In this document: piece after piece, positions 1 through 9,979 of the stretch
How the letters are laid out: each line of letters starts with the position of its first letter
Position numbering within the stretch: the stretch's first letter is position 1
From: an uncultured delta proteobacterium
GTDB taxonomy: Bacteria; Desulfobacterota; Binatia; UBA9968
Reading direction: 5' to 3'
DNA length: 64,000 bases
Assembly (NCBI GenBank): GCA_963737905.1
Contig: CAVTUQ010000021.1
Location: 29,852 to 93,851, forward strand
Program-made: the position numbers and the translations under genes
The notes under the pieces: generated by a model
What the model saw: only the letters and a program-made list of their open reading frames with translations
What the model was told of the DNA's origin: nothing
Databases searched by the model: none

Positions 1-559
1 CTCCACCGCGTCGGAACGGGCCGGATGAACCGAGCATATCCATTCGCACCGATCGGGGAAACGTCGCGCGAGCTCAGCAGCGTAGCGATCGGGGACGAAA
101 AACGCGCTTGATTCCTCGCGCTTGATGCCGGCGTCGTCGTAGTGAAAGTCAAAGGCGAGTAACATGACCTTGAAGCCCGCGGGGGAATGCATCCAGGTAT
201 TCGATAAGACGCCGGACGGCATCTTCATCCACCCTTCCTTCTCTCAGCGTGCATGCGGCGTTAAGATAAAACCGGCGTTGGAGGCTTTGCCACGGATGGA
301 AGGGGCTGCTCATCTGCGGTGTAATCCAAATACCCGTGTTTCCATCACCCACACCGACAATATGGGCGTGGCAATCCCACGACTGCAACGGATCAACTCC
401 GTCCCATGCCGCGAGCACGACTTCGTGATTCCGCAAACGTTCGGGCAACGGCCCCGCAAGACAAGGGTTAAATATCCCGTCTTCCAGCGAGAACCCGCAA
501 CCGGCGGCAACCCCAAGCGCACCGACCCCCAGCGCGTAGAGGAAATTACGGCGATTCAT
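1..559 (-). CDS. Tat-exported amidohydrolase family protein (frameshifted, runs off window start)
   Basis: MNRRNFL twin-arginine leader and DCHAH metal motif. After an extra base in the G run at 181-185 the frame continues AGFKVMLLAFDFHYD...WICSVHPARSDAVE. Confidence 0.75.
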
Positions 560-743
560 GATTGTCGCGGTGTCAGGACATCTCGTCACGGCGAGCGAAA
601 TGCAGGTTCACACCCCGCTAACTGCCCATTCACAGACCACGAGGCCGACTCGAGCTATGGTTGATTCATTAGAGAAGTATAAAAGTGGACGCGGCCCGAG
701 AGTTTGTTAAGACCTTCGCACGGCGGGGTGGCCGAGCTCACCG

Positions 744-774
744 GACCGTGATCGCCCGTTCTGTGATCACGGTC
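744..774 (-). terminator. Hairpin at the 3' end of the HdeD gene
   Basis: GACCGTGATC ... GATCACGGTC 10-bp inverted repeat at the stop codon; no clear U tract. Confidence 0.45.
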
Positions 775-1372
775 ACGCTGCCTGCGGTCTCAACGGGCCT
801 CTGCCCGCCGGTGCTTCGTCCGGAAGATTGCGGGCGCTCAAGCTAAGCATGACAAGCGACCAGCCGTTGAGCAGCATTTCGATGCCCACGAACAGACCGA
901 TTACCCAGAGACCTGAGTAGGGCCATCGCTGCCAGATGCTAATACCCAATATAAGAGAGATAACACCATTGAACAGCACCCAACCCCAGTGCGGAAAACG
1001 CGCAGTGATCGCCACTACGATCCGAAACAGCCCCTCGAAAACCAAGAACATGGCGATAAGCAAGGTCAGCAAGACGGCGGATTCACCAGGGTTGCTCACC
1101 ATCATCCAGCCCACGACGACGTACAACAGACCCGTCAGTAAGTCGAGAAAAAAGCCGCCCCATCTTTTTTCTCGCCAGAAAGCATGCACGGCTTCCAGGA
1201 CTCCCCCTATGATGAGAATCCAGCCGAAAAAAAATACCGAAGCGATGGTCATCACGAGCGCCGAGCCTAGAGCGATTGTGCCGAGGACGATCAGCACAAT
1301 GCCTAAAATTAAGAACCATCCCCAATTCCCCCGTAGTTCGGAGGCGCCTGGCAGTTGAATAGCTTGTCGCAT
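773..1372 (-). CDS. HdeD family (DUF308) acid-resistance membrane protein
   Basis: About 6 TM helices, NWGWFLILGIVLIVLG and GLWVIGLFVGIEML motifs. Start moved to MRQAIQ (1372), which follows a purine-rich RBS. Confidence 0.85.
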   Translation of the reverse strand: MRQAIQLPGASELRGNWGWFLILGIVLIVLGTIALGSALVMTIASVFFFGWILIIGGVLEAVHAFWREKRWGGFFLDLLTGLLYVVVGWMMVSNPGESAVLLTLLIAMFLVFEGLFRIVVAITARFPHWGWVLFNGVISLILGISIWQRWPYSGLWVIGLFVGIEMLLNGWSLVMLSLSARNLPDEAPAGRGPLRPQAA

Positions 1373-1398
1373 AATATTCCCTTTCTGATTTGATGAGC

Positions 1399-1674
1399 CT
1401 ATTTGCCTTGGCTCGCCGATGCGCGGCCTTGTTCGTAAGCTCGGTTCACCGACTCGTTGTGCCTGCCCAGCAGAAAGCCTCCGGTTCCCCCGAGGCCGGC
1501 GCCGACGGCTGCGCCCATCCCGGCATTCCCTGCGGCGGCGCCAATAATGCCTCCCAAGGCGGCGCCGCCAGCGGCACCAGTTAAGGTCCTCTGTTGGGTC
1601 TGCGACATGTCCGCGCACCCCGCCAGCATGCCAAACAGGGCGATGATTCCTGATATCATGCTAATTCGCTTCAT
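1399..1674 (-). CDS. Glycine-zipper lipoprotein
   Basis: Lipobox LAGC, then GAAGGAALGGIIG / GAAVGAGLGG glycine zippers; GGAG RBS before MKRIS. Confidence 0.85.
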   Translation of the reverse strand: MKRISMISGIIALFGMLAGCADMSQTQQRTLTGAAGGAALGGIIGAAAGNAGMGAAVGAGLGGTGGFLLGRHNESVNRAYEQGRASASQGK

Positions 1675-1700
1675 GCTAATCTCCTTTTTGATCCGTTCCG

Positions 1701-2087
1701 TCACTTCTTGCACGGCCACTTAGCGCTCATAAACCTGAATTCGCTGTCCACCGGCGCCTCCTTCATATATTGCGTATTGGCCTTAGCCCACTCCACGAAC
1801 ATGGCGGCCACCTCATTGCGCGAAGGTGTGGGATTAGGCATACAAACCAACCGCATATCATTCTTGCCTGAGTTTGTCGCGAGATAGTACTGATAGGCAC
1901 CGAGCATAAAGCCCTCGCACATTTGAATCGCTTCCTTTGCCCGCGGATCGCTCGCCGAAACAGAGCAGAGATTGACGAGATTCTGGGTGGTGCTTAGCAC
2001 GAAATCTTCATCTGTCACCGCTGCTCCGGCCAGACCGGGAACGAGGAAGCTGGCGAGAACCAGCGACCGAACCAAATTCTTAAACAT
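1701..2087 (-). CDS. Rap1a/Tai-like immunity family secreted protein
   Basis: Signal peptide; LxxxC, CxGFxxG, CxP and terminal WPC pattern; AGGAGGAG RBS. Confidence 0.75.
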   Translation of the reverse strand: MFKNLVRSLVLASFLVPGLAGAAVTDEDFVLSTTQNLVNLCSVSASDPRAKEAIQMCEGFMLGAYQYYLATNSGKNDMRLVCMPNPTPSRNEVAAMFVEWAKANTQYMKEAPVDSEFRFMSAKWPCKK

Positions 2088-2200
2088 GACACTCCTCCTT
2101 GGTGAGTCGAATCTTCTTCCTTAACCGCAAGTTAAAAACCTTCGCAAAGTCGTTTTTCATCTTTAATTGATACCCATAATACACAGTGAACAGAGTTCGC

Positions 2201-2243
2201 TATCCGGAATTTCCTGATTTTTGCTATCGGAATCCCTTAGGTC
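2201..2243 (-). promoter_or_regulatory. Tandem palindromic operator (copy 1) next to a -10 element
   Basis: ATCCGG-N5-CCTGAT at 2202-2218 plus a second site 22 bp away; TATTAT lies 19 nt downstream on the minus strand. Confidence 0.55.
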
Positions 2244-2358
2244 GTGGACCCTCATAAGGACAGCGTTAACTTCGTTCTTCGACGACCGGTTTGGGCACGC
2301 TGGATGGCTGGGTTTGCCATGGCGGATGCTCTCTTCAAGGCATCGGTCTCGCTCGGTG

Positions 2359-3453
2359 TTAATTTGGATGTGTGAACGCCGCGGAAGGGGAGATCAGCGG
2401 CGGTGCTGTCGGCAGAGACTTGCGAATGCGCTCGGAGAAATCCTCCGCGTTGCCGGCTGCTCGCGCGACGTCGTTGATGCGAGAACGCTCGCGCAGTTCT
2501 GCAAACGGCAAGCTCGTATCCAAGAGGCCCGCTCTATAGAGATAGCGATCGCTCCATCCGTTCAAGATGTGGCGAATGTCCAGGCGGCCGACCCGGCCGG
2601 CGAGATTTGCATAGCGGACGATATTGATCGTGCAGCTGTTGCTGAACAGATGGTAAAACTCGGGTCGATCCGCCAGCTCATTGATCCGCTCCAGGTAGAC
2701 CAAGAAGAGCCGCCGCGCAACTTCGGGCGAAGTCCGGAGGCGGTAAAGAAAGACGTCTTCGTTCCGGTAATCGGTGCGGACCCGCACCAGGTCGCGCTCG
2801 TCGCCAACCACATAGATCAGCTCGAATTGCTTGAAGAGCGAGGGGAGGGGGTCGAAACCTTCCCCGATTTCCGGCCTGGTTTCGATGGATATGCTGATCG
2901 GAGGAGCGTTATCGAAGCCAAAACTGACGAAGGTGTGAGCCACAGGCGAGTCCGGCCAAAAATAGGACACGTAGAAATCCAGCGAGTTCAGATGCGAGAG
3001 GTAAACCTCACGTTCTTCGTAGCGGACGGTGAAATCATCGCGGCTGCGGTATTCGAAATTACGGACGCCGGTGATGCGCACGCGGTCGCCGTCGATGAAC
3101 GCTCGCGGCATGACTGCCACTTCGGGCCGCCAGGGGCGGTCATGAGAGGGCTTGATGCTACTGAACCATACCACCACGCCTAGAAAGAGCGCGGCAAAGA
3201 CCACAATCTTCCGCGGCGTACGCGAGACCCAGAGAGCCCAGACACCGAAGGTCAAAAAAAACAGCGCCAGCACCAGGCGCGCCCAGCCCCACGGCAGATT
3301 GGAATAATAGATCGCCAGGGTCGCCCACGCGATCAGCAAGATTAGACAAAGAGTTCGAATGCCGATGAGCAGCCAGCGGAGTAATTTGAACATGCCACCT
3401 GCCGGCGCCTTGATGGAGCGGGACTTGCTTTTCAATACTTTAGGTTGATTCAT
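2359..3453 (-). CDS. DUF4105 (Lnb N-terminal domain-like) membrane protein
   Basis: N-terminal TM helices; AHTFVSFGF, ISIETRPE, VVGDERDLVRVRT and FYHLFSNSCT motifs. Start uncertain (3453 or 3393). Confidence 0.85.
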   Translation of the reverse strand: MNQPKVLKSKSRSIKAPAGGMFKLLRWLLIGIRTLCLILLIAWATLAIYYSNLPWGWARLVLALFFLTFGVWALWVSRTPRKIVVFAALFLGVVVWFSSIKPSHDRPWRPEVAVMPRAFIDGDRVRITGVRNFEYRSRDDFTVRYEEREVYLSHLNSLDFYVSYFWPDSPVAHTFVSFGFDNAPPISISIETRPEIGEGFDPLPSLFKQFELIYVVGDERDLVRVRTDYRNEDVFLYRLRTSPEVARRLFLVYLERINELADRPEFYHLFSNSCTINIVRYANLAGRVGRLDIRHILNGWSDRYLYRAGLLDTSLPFAELRERSRINDVARAAGNAEDFSERIRKSLPTAPPLISPSAAFTHPN

Positions 3454-3463
3454 CCCGACGGAC

Positions 3464-3503
3464 AAGCGTCGAGGGGAAAAATGTTCGTCCCTCGACGCTT
3501 TTT
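3464..3503. terminator. Intrinsic terminator-like hairpin
   Basis: AAGCGTCGAGGG ... CCCTCGACGCTT 12-bp stem with an adjacent T run. Confidence 0.55.
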
Positions 3504-3520
3504 CGTCCGTGACTGCTCGC

Positions 3521-3967
3521 CTATTGCTTCAGCGTAATGCGCAGTCCGCTGGTACCCAGTTGCAGCCTGGCGCCTCGTGATGTCGAATGTATGCGCATGA
3601 CCACGCCATCCTGATTGCGCAGTATCATACCGCTCATCCCGCCAGCCAGGGTCAATCCGGCTTCAGCGGCCAGATAGGTTCCCGCGAACTTCGAGACGTC
3701 GGTTAAATTGTATACCTCGCCACTGGCATTTGCCCTGCCGATGCCAAAATCTACGAGCGTCAGGCCGTCGATTGAGAAAGGATAGTCCTTTCCCTTAAAG
3801 CTGAGCTTCCCATCGCCCCAGGTAACGCCGACGCCGACAGCTATCGACCTGCTCTGGATCGATACCTTTCCCGAAGGCGTCGCACTCTCCCCTGACATGG
3901 CGGTGGTTGCAAACACTGCCACAAAGAAAAACAAAGCGAACCTCGAAACTGTTCGAACCTTAGACAT
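3521..3967 (-). CDS. Secreted EipA/DUF1134-like protein
   Basis: Signal peptide; GVTWGDGKL, GEVYNL..FAGTY and LRNQDGVV motifs; AGGAGG RBS. Confidence 0.65.
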   Translation of the reverse strand: MSKVRTVSRFALFFFVAVFATTAMSGESATPSGKVSIQSRSIAVGVGVTWGDGKLSFKGKDYPFSIDGLTLVDFGIGRANASGEVYNLTDVSKFAGTYLAAEAGLTLAGGMSGMILRNQDGVVMRIHSTSRGARLQLGTSGLRITLKQ

Positions 3968-4110
3968 ATGACTTCCTCCTTAACGCAACAAACTTTGATC
4001 AGACAATATACCGAACGTATCGCGATTGTCCATTGGACTTTGATCCAATACCAAAAGTTAGTCGGGACTCTGCCTTGGGTACGGGTATTATTAGAAGAGA
4101 TAGGAACGTC

Positions 4111-4153
4111 TATAAGGGTTTGCCTGATTGTCTGCTTCGAATTTTCTTAGATC
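4111..4153 (-). promoter_or_regulatory. Tandem palindromic operator (copy 2)
   Basis: ATAAGG-N5-CCTGAT at 4112-4128 with a second site at the same 22-bp spacing as copy 1; TAATAAT downstream on the minus strand. Confidence 0.55.
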
Positions 4154-4214
4154 TAGTCCTGGTACGGAGCGATCTTAGGCGAGAACCGGTGCGAAGCATC
4201 TCACTCTTGCTGCG

Positions 4215-7200
4215 TCATTGGGTTTCCAGTGTCCGCATCCTTGGGGTAAAGAGCCGTATCGCCTCAAGGGGTATGCCGAGGATCCTCCGCGGAATGTCCA
4301 AAAGCTCGGCCCCGACTGCCGACGGCGATAGATAAGTAACGTCGGGGCGTTCAAGTGACCCGCTCACCCGCACCGGAATTCCAACTATCGAGCCACCGAG
4401 GAAAGACCCGACGAGGGGTATGCGTCTGGTGATAGTATCCCCCGGCAGTCGCGCGGTCACGAGTCCTGTTGCCTCAATCTGTCGACGGTCCAAGTCAACT
4501 CTACCGCGACCGGTAATGATGAAAAGCGAAGATTGGATGATCAACTTGTCGCTTACAAGTGTCTCACCTTTCACGGTTCCCCTGGCGTTGATCGACTGGA
4601 ACGGAAACGATTCTTTGTCCAGATCGGGAAAAGTCACGTTGAAGTCTCCCTTTTCATTCAAGTAGTCGAAGGTGGCGTCCACCGTCGGGGATTTCACAAC
4701 TTCACCGTTTTCGGCGCTGAATTCGAAATCACCCCGCAAGGTCTGTGCGACATTCTTTGGAATTCCCCGGCCAACGAGATGAGCCGTCAAAGAATAGGCG
4801 CCTTTTAGAACTTCTTTGTTCTGCGTCAGACATAAACTGGAAGACTCCAGTTGACCGTCTTTTACAGAGAGCGATACATCGAGCCCGATTTCTCCATTTA
4901 TAAAATCCACCTTCCCAGTCGTGCCGATACCGCATACCTCTCCTCGTTCCACTGTTCCCTTGATTTCATCGGGGGAGAGCGAAGCCGTAGCTTGGAATGG
5001 GCTCCAGCTAAATCCGGCGAAACTGAAACTATCCGCCGTTAACCGGACGGTGCCCTCCAGGGGCGGAAGCGCTATCCCTAAGATCCCTTCACCACTTTTG
5101 CGATTGTTTCTACTCTCGACGATCTCACTTATCTCTTCCCACACCAGCTGATCGGCGGAAACGTCCATATCGAAATGCAGCGCCTTTGCTTCTGCGAGCA
5201 GCTTCCCCATAAACGACAGGCGGCTCTTTCGCCAGCTGAGGTTCGCGGACCGGACATTGATGCCGTCTGAGCCGGCTTCCAGGAAAAAAAACTCGACGAC
5301 AGCGCTGTCATCTTCCAACGGCACCCGGAGACCTCTCCCGGACAAGCGTCCCCGGGCATTGAAGCGCAGCGGCGCTTCCGAAAAAGCGCTGACTTCGATG
5401 TCGCCTTGAATCAAACTCCCCTCAAGCGGCGGTTCTTGGAAAATTCGGTTTAGCGTTTCTTGTTCGACGGTGCCGTTGAAAGAAAAAGCGAACTTATCTT
5501 TCTCGAGATCGAGAGTCATGCGCGCGTGTTGCGCGCCGTCCGCAATGACGAGCTCTTTGACCTCCAGGGTTTGGGGCCCCCGCACCAAATCGAGAGAAAG
5601 ACGTGGACCGCCGGCGACCGTGGCGTTCCCTTGAAAAGCGATATCGCCCCCCTGTTTCCAAAGGACGCGGCTCTTGGTCACCTGCAGAGGAGAACGGAGC
5701 ATCAGCATCTTAGGCAATTCAAATTGGCGGCTAAGCCATCCTGTCATATCGGCGCCAATCGTGCCTGCGGCGGTGGCGTCTACGCTAAGCGGCTCTTTGG
5801 CAGGACTTTCCACAGATCCATCGACAGTCAATGCTGCGTCCAGTAGATTAACCTTGGCATTGGAGACCGTGAACTTTGCCGGCGTCGCATTAAAATTTCC
5901 GCCGGACAGGTTCATCACTGCCGGGAGCTTGGCATGTTTCACGGCGATCTTGCCGAGAGTCCCCGAACTGGCAAAATCCCACCGGCTCGGCTCGTCCAGC
6001 GGGCCCTTGAGGGACAGCGAAGTCACATCAAGCTTGCCCCGGGCAAAATCAATATCGCGAAGCTCCTTCTGCAGCATTTCAAAGGTTTCCAATAAATTTT
6101 TGCTCTGGCCCACGTCGAGAGACAACTTTGCCGAGCTGATCTCAATTTGGCGGGCCCCTTGGTAGGTCAGAAAACCGCTGACATCAGAGAAAGAGGAAAG
6201 GCCGACAGCTCCACTGACCCCCTCTAAGCCAATCTTGCCGTTGCCGTATTGGAAACGCCCTGCTTTGATTGAGATGGGATAAGGGATCGAATCATAAGAG
6301 CCCTTAAGAGCCGCCTTCAGGATAGAAACCCTGGCTGAAAGGGAATCAATTTTCTCACCGATGACGAGTTGTCCCGAGAGATCTCCCTCTATGTTACGGA
6401 CCCTCGACAGCTCCTTGCGCAATCCGTCGTCTTTGAAGACGCGAAAAAGCAACGAGTGCAGCTCCGCCGCGTCAGCGTCAACCATGATATCGAGATGAAA
6501 AGGCGCGTTTTTCCCGTCGAGTCCCAGCCGAAGCGTGCCGTCCCTTCCCTGAATCTTCCCGTATCGCGCCGAGAACTGCTTGGCCTCGAAGATGCCGTGG
6601 GAGACAGCGAATTGCCCATTCACGTCGTCCAGGTCGACATCGAGAACAGAACCGTAAACGTTTCCGCCGCGGAGGGCACCAGTGACGGCGATGTTCTCCC
6701 CCAATTCGGCGAACGACCGCCCGGCGGCTTCGAAGCTTATTTCCGGCACTTGTCCGCCTCTAACGTGATGGAACACGTCTTCGACGATTCCAATGTCTCC
6801 GGCAATTTTCAGCGCCGTTTCACGGATTCCAGAAACGTCGAGATCCCGTCCCGCCATCTTTAGCTGCACCGTTGAGGAGGCCGGATCCACAGTCAGTTCT
6901 CCTGTCGCAGTCAAGCGCGGTGAGACGAGATTAAATTGTTCGATGACGGCCTTGACTATTCCCTCATCGCGGCTGATCACGCCCTTAAACGTGACGCCCT
7001 CGATAACCGTCTTTCGGTCTCGCCGCACCAGTCCGAGTGACGGCGAAGTGCCCTCGACTTCCGCCTTGATCCTCTTGAGCCCTACGGAAGTTATCACCAC
7101 ATCCAAACTGATCTCCCCATGCTCGACATATTCGTCCGGACGAGGGAAAAGCGCAGCTATGGACTCGCGCAGGCGGAGGCGGTTGATTTTTATACTTCCC

Positions 7201-7835
7201 TTTGTGGCGAGAGTATCTCCGGCAATGCTCTCCTCGACGCGCAACGAATCGAAGACATTGGCGCGGGAACTGATCTGCAATTGCATCTCACCGGGAGGCG
7301 CCACCAGACGCCCCTCCAATTCATTGATCACGATCGGCGGCCTATCGCCGATTCTGACCTCTACCGAACCGCCCCTGACGCCGACGATTATACCGGGGAT
7401 CTCGGTCGCAAATGAGGCGACCAGGGCACGGATCTTGTCTTCGATCTCATCGATGTTGAACGGTTCTGCGTCCCACTCGGATAGGTGCACGGCAATTGCG
7501 GGGCTCACCACCTCCACCCGAGAGATGTCCAAGCGCCCCCTGAATAGACCCACGATCGACGGGTAGACTTCAATCGACTGAATTCTCCCGGTGATTTTAT
7601 CGGCAAAGGAGAGCGTTGCGCCGTGTACGACCACCGCCGGCTTGGGCAGCCACGTGAGATCGATATTTCCGAAGGCTACGTTCCCGTTTGTCTTGGTTAA
7701 CAAGAACGCCCGGATCGTTTCTCTCACTGCCTGGCTATCGAGAATACGGGGAAGAAGTAAAACGACCGCAAAGAGCAGGATGACACAAAGCCCGCCAAGG
7801 GCGGCAAGCCATTTGATGATGCGCCGCTTCGTCAT
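4215..7835 (-). CDS. AsmA-like family protein
   Basis: 1206 aa; N-terminal TM anchor, amphipathic beta-strand repeats, C-terminal IPLVG...IPVRVSGSLERP motif. Confidence 0.85.
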   Translation of the reverse strand: MTKRRIIKWLAALGGLCVILLFAVVLLLPRILDSQAVRETIRAFLLTKTNGNVAFGNIDLTWLPKPAVVVHGATLSFADKITGRIQSIEVYPSIVGLFRGRLDISRVEVVSPAIAVHLSEWDAEPFNIDEIEDKIRALVASFATEIPGIIVGVRGGSVEVRIGDRPPIVINELEGRLVAPPGEMQLQISSRANVFDSLRVEESIAGDTLATKGSIKINRLRLRESIAALFPRPDEYVEHGEISLDVVITSVGLKRIKAEVEGTSPSLGLVRRDRKTVIEGVTFKGVISRDEGIVKAVIEQFNLVSPRLTATGELTVDPASSTVQLKMAGRDLDVSGIRETALKIAGDIGIVEDVFHHVRGGQVPEISFEAAGRSFAELGENIAVTGALRGGNVYGSVLDVDLDDVNGQFAVSHGIFEAKQFSARYGKIQGRDGTLRLGLDGKNAPFHLDIMVDADAAELHSLLFRVFKDDGLRKELSRVRNIEGDLSGQLVIGEKIDSLSARVSILKAALKGSYDSIPYPISIKAGRFQYGNGKIGLEGVSGAVGLSSFSDVSGFLTYQGARQIEISSAKLSLDVGQSKNLLETFEMLQKELRDIDFARGKLDVTSLSLKGPLDEPSRWDFASSGTLGKIAVKHAKLPAVMNLSGGNFNATPAKFTVSNAKVNLLDAALTVDGSVESPAKEPLSVDATAAGTIGADMTGWLSRQFELPKMLMLRSPLQVTKSRVLWKQGGDIAFQGNATVAGGPRLSLDLVRGPQTLEVKELVIADGAQHARMTLDLEKDKFAFSFNGTVEQETLNRIFQEPPLEGSLIQGDIEVSAFSEAPLRFNARGRLSGRGLRVPLEDDSAVVEFFFLEAGSDGINVRSANLSWRKSRLSFMGKLLAEAKALHFDMDVSADQLVWEEISEIVESRNNRKSGEGILGIALPPLEGTVRLTADSFSFAGFSWSPFQATASLSPDEIKGTVERGEVCGIGTTGKVDFINGEIGLDVSLSVKDGQLESSSLCLTQNKEVLKGAYSLTAHLVGRGIPKNVAQTLRGDFEFSAENGEVVKSPTVDATFDYLNEKGDFNVTFPDLDKESFPFQSINARGTVKGETLVSDKLIIQSSLFIITGRGRVDLDRRQIEATGLVTARLPGDTITRRIPLVGSFLGGSIVGIPVRVSGSLERPDVTYLSPSAVGAELLDIPRRILGIPLEAIRLFTPRMRTLETQ

Positions 7836-7997
7836 TTATTCGTCCCAATCCCGCCAGAGCGCTTTTCATGACAAGGCCACTAAGGGCCAACAGAATAGCG
7901 TTGCTATAGATTTCCCGGTAGAGTCAGAGATCTCTATCGCTAATCTCGGCCTTTGGTGAAAGACTCTTTTATCTGCGCATTCGCCGCAGCTCTTGGC

Positions 7998-8687
7998 TCA
8001 ATTGCGGCCTGCCTCGGCTGCTGAATCCCGCCGACGGAGTAATATATACCGATGCCCCGAGAAAAATCTTGACATCCAAATCGATCGCACCACGTCGAAG
8101 CCGGCCGACTGGCTAACCTCCTTCACCTCCCGGGAGTCAAGAGTCCACTTCGATCGTTTGCCGTTGAATCGCCTGCGAAACTCGTGAGTGCGGTTCTTTA
8201 TCGACTCCGTATCGAAATACGTAAAGACCAGCCATTCACGGCTGACCCGCATGATCTCCCGCAAATATTGCAGCCGTTCCTGATGTTCGCGGATGTGATG
8301 ACACAGCCGAACCGATAAGACCATTCCAAATGCTCGATCCCTAAAGGGGAGGCTAAGGGCCGTAGCACGCACATAGCCGGCGCGTTGCGGTGACTTCCGC
8401 TCCTCAGTATGGAATAGGCGGGCTGCGCCCAGTAAGTGAAAACTCCAATCGCCTTCTACAACCGACGCTCCCAAATCGCGCAGAATGTAATAGAGACGCC
8501 CGTAGCCACACGGCAAGTCCAGGGCCCAACCGTCAAGCCTTTCAATGGATGCGGCCCGTAGCAGGCGCTGCAGCAGTCGTTGTTCATTCCAGTTGTTAAC
8601 GCGTTCCGTCCAGTGCCGCTGGAACTTTGCTGTATAATCCGTCGCGCCTTCCGGGCTGTTGTATCGTAAGAGAATATCTTTATCCAT
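7998..8687 (-). CDS. Class I SAM-dependent methyltransferase
   Basis: LDLPCGYGR motif I; SLPFRDRAF and VRLCHHI motifs. Confidence 0.85.
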   Translation of the reverse strand: MDKDILLRYNSPEGATDYTAKFQRHWTERVNNWNEQRLLQRLLRAASIERLDGWALDLPCGYGRLYYILRDLGASVVEGDWSFHLLGAARLFHTEERKSPQRAGYVRATALSLPFRDRAFGMVLSVRLCHHIREHQERLQYLREIMRVSREWLVFTYFDTESIKNRTHEFRRRFNGKRSKWTLDSREVKEVSQSAGFDVVRSIWMSRFFSGHRYILLRRRDSAAEAGRN

Positions 8688-8790
8688 GACGCGACTGTTC
8701 CAGGGAGCGCCGTCTTAAGGCATTTGTCGAAAAAGTTCTTCAGGCAAGGAAAATATCGAAAATTTGAATTGCCAGGACATGGGCCAGCAC

Positions 8791-9702
8791 TCAAAGCCGC
8801 CAGACAGCTATCTTTCTTCTCAGGTTCCGTTTGAGAGCGTGAACCAAGGCTGAGATGGGAGTGAGATTCTGTTTCGACCGCATGGCTCGTTGCGCGTACT
8901 GGCGCAGAGTTACGCTAGAGGCACCCAAGGGGTCCGGTAGATATCCTTCATAGAAGGCAGTTGTTTCGCTCTCCGTCAAGGCAGGACAAAAATTGCCGAG
9001 AAACAATCCCAAGTCTCGCCCCTGCGCCCAGCGTGCAATCGGCTGCCAGCGCAGCGTTCTAGCGTACGGAGTGTCGACAAAAATAATCTCCGGCGACGGT
9101 GTCGACTCACCCCGAATCAGAATATTCTTCGTCTTGGCAGTAAACAAGAAAAATCGTGCTTCATGAACTCGGCGAAACATTATCCCAAGTTGCTTCAGGA
9201 GAACCCGAGTCTGCCCAGTGTGGGGGGATTGCGGCTGACTGCTTTCAGATCTCCATCGGGAAAGATTAACGGCCCCTTCTACAAAGCCGGTGATGACAAA
9301 ACAGGATCGTACGAAACCCAGCCGAGTCCGCTCCACCCCAAAAGCCACCGGCTCGGCAGCCGGCACACCCTGCCGGTTGAGGTAACGCAAGCTGTTGAAC
9401 TCTTGCTCGGCCTTGGAGATGCGAAGCCCGGTCCTGATTCTTGGTAGAAGAGGATAATGGTAAATTTTGAGGACGAACGAACGTATGGATTCTTTCTGCG
9501 GCCTGTTTGCCACCCTCCGCAGTATAACAACACGGGTTCTTGGCTCCGATTTGACCGGTTCACCGTCTGCGTTCAAGAATGCATCGTAGCTGGAGTATTC
9601 GATCGCGGGAAAATAGTCCGCATAGGACTGGCAGACCAAAAAGCGGCGCCTTCGATCGGTTGTCGGGTGCAGCGATTCCGTTGCCATCGATTGAATCGTC
9701 AT
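8791..9702 (-). CDS. Lipopolysaccharide kinase InaA/Kdo/WaaP-like protein
   Basis: VLKIY, SKAEQEFNSL, GVPAAEPVAFG, KNIL and FVD motifs. Catalytic loop atypical; start uncertain. Confidence 0.7.
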   Translation of the reverse strand: MTIQSMATESLHPTTDRRRRFLVCQSYADYFPAIEYSSYDAFLNADGEPVKSEPRTRVVILRRVANRPQKESIRSFVLKIYHYPLLPRIRTGLRISKAEQEFNSLRYLNRQGVPAAEPVAFGVERTRLGFVRSCFVITGFVEGAVNLSRWRSESSQPQSPHTGQTRVLLKQLGIMFRRVHEARFFLFTAKTKNILIRGESTPSPEIIFVDTPYARTLRWQPIARWAQGRDLGLFLGNFCPALTESETTAFYEGYLPDPLGASSVTLRQYAQRAMRSKQNLTPISALVHALKRNLRRKIAVWRL

Positions 9703-9979
9703 GATTGCCTGGCCGCCTGCATTTGTCACCGCGGTGACCCCGCCGTTCCTTCTCCGCGCAGGGGCAATCAAAACCTTTTGCCACAATCACGATTAAATAA
9801 CCATAGACCCGGCGATTGCTATCGGGAACTTTCCATTATACGGTTCCAAATTCCTGATTTGAGGTCCTAAAGTCCTTACCCCTATTGGGTGGAATTAGGT
9901 GAAAGACTTAACTAAGATCAACCACCAAAGACCCTAGTGTGTCAGTGCAACAGCGAGGCGATTCTGATCTCTGACTGTC

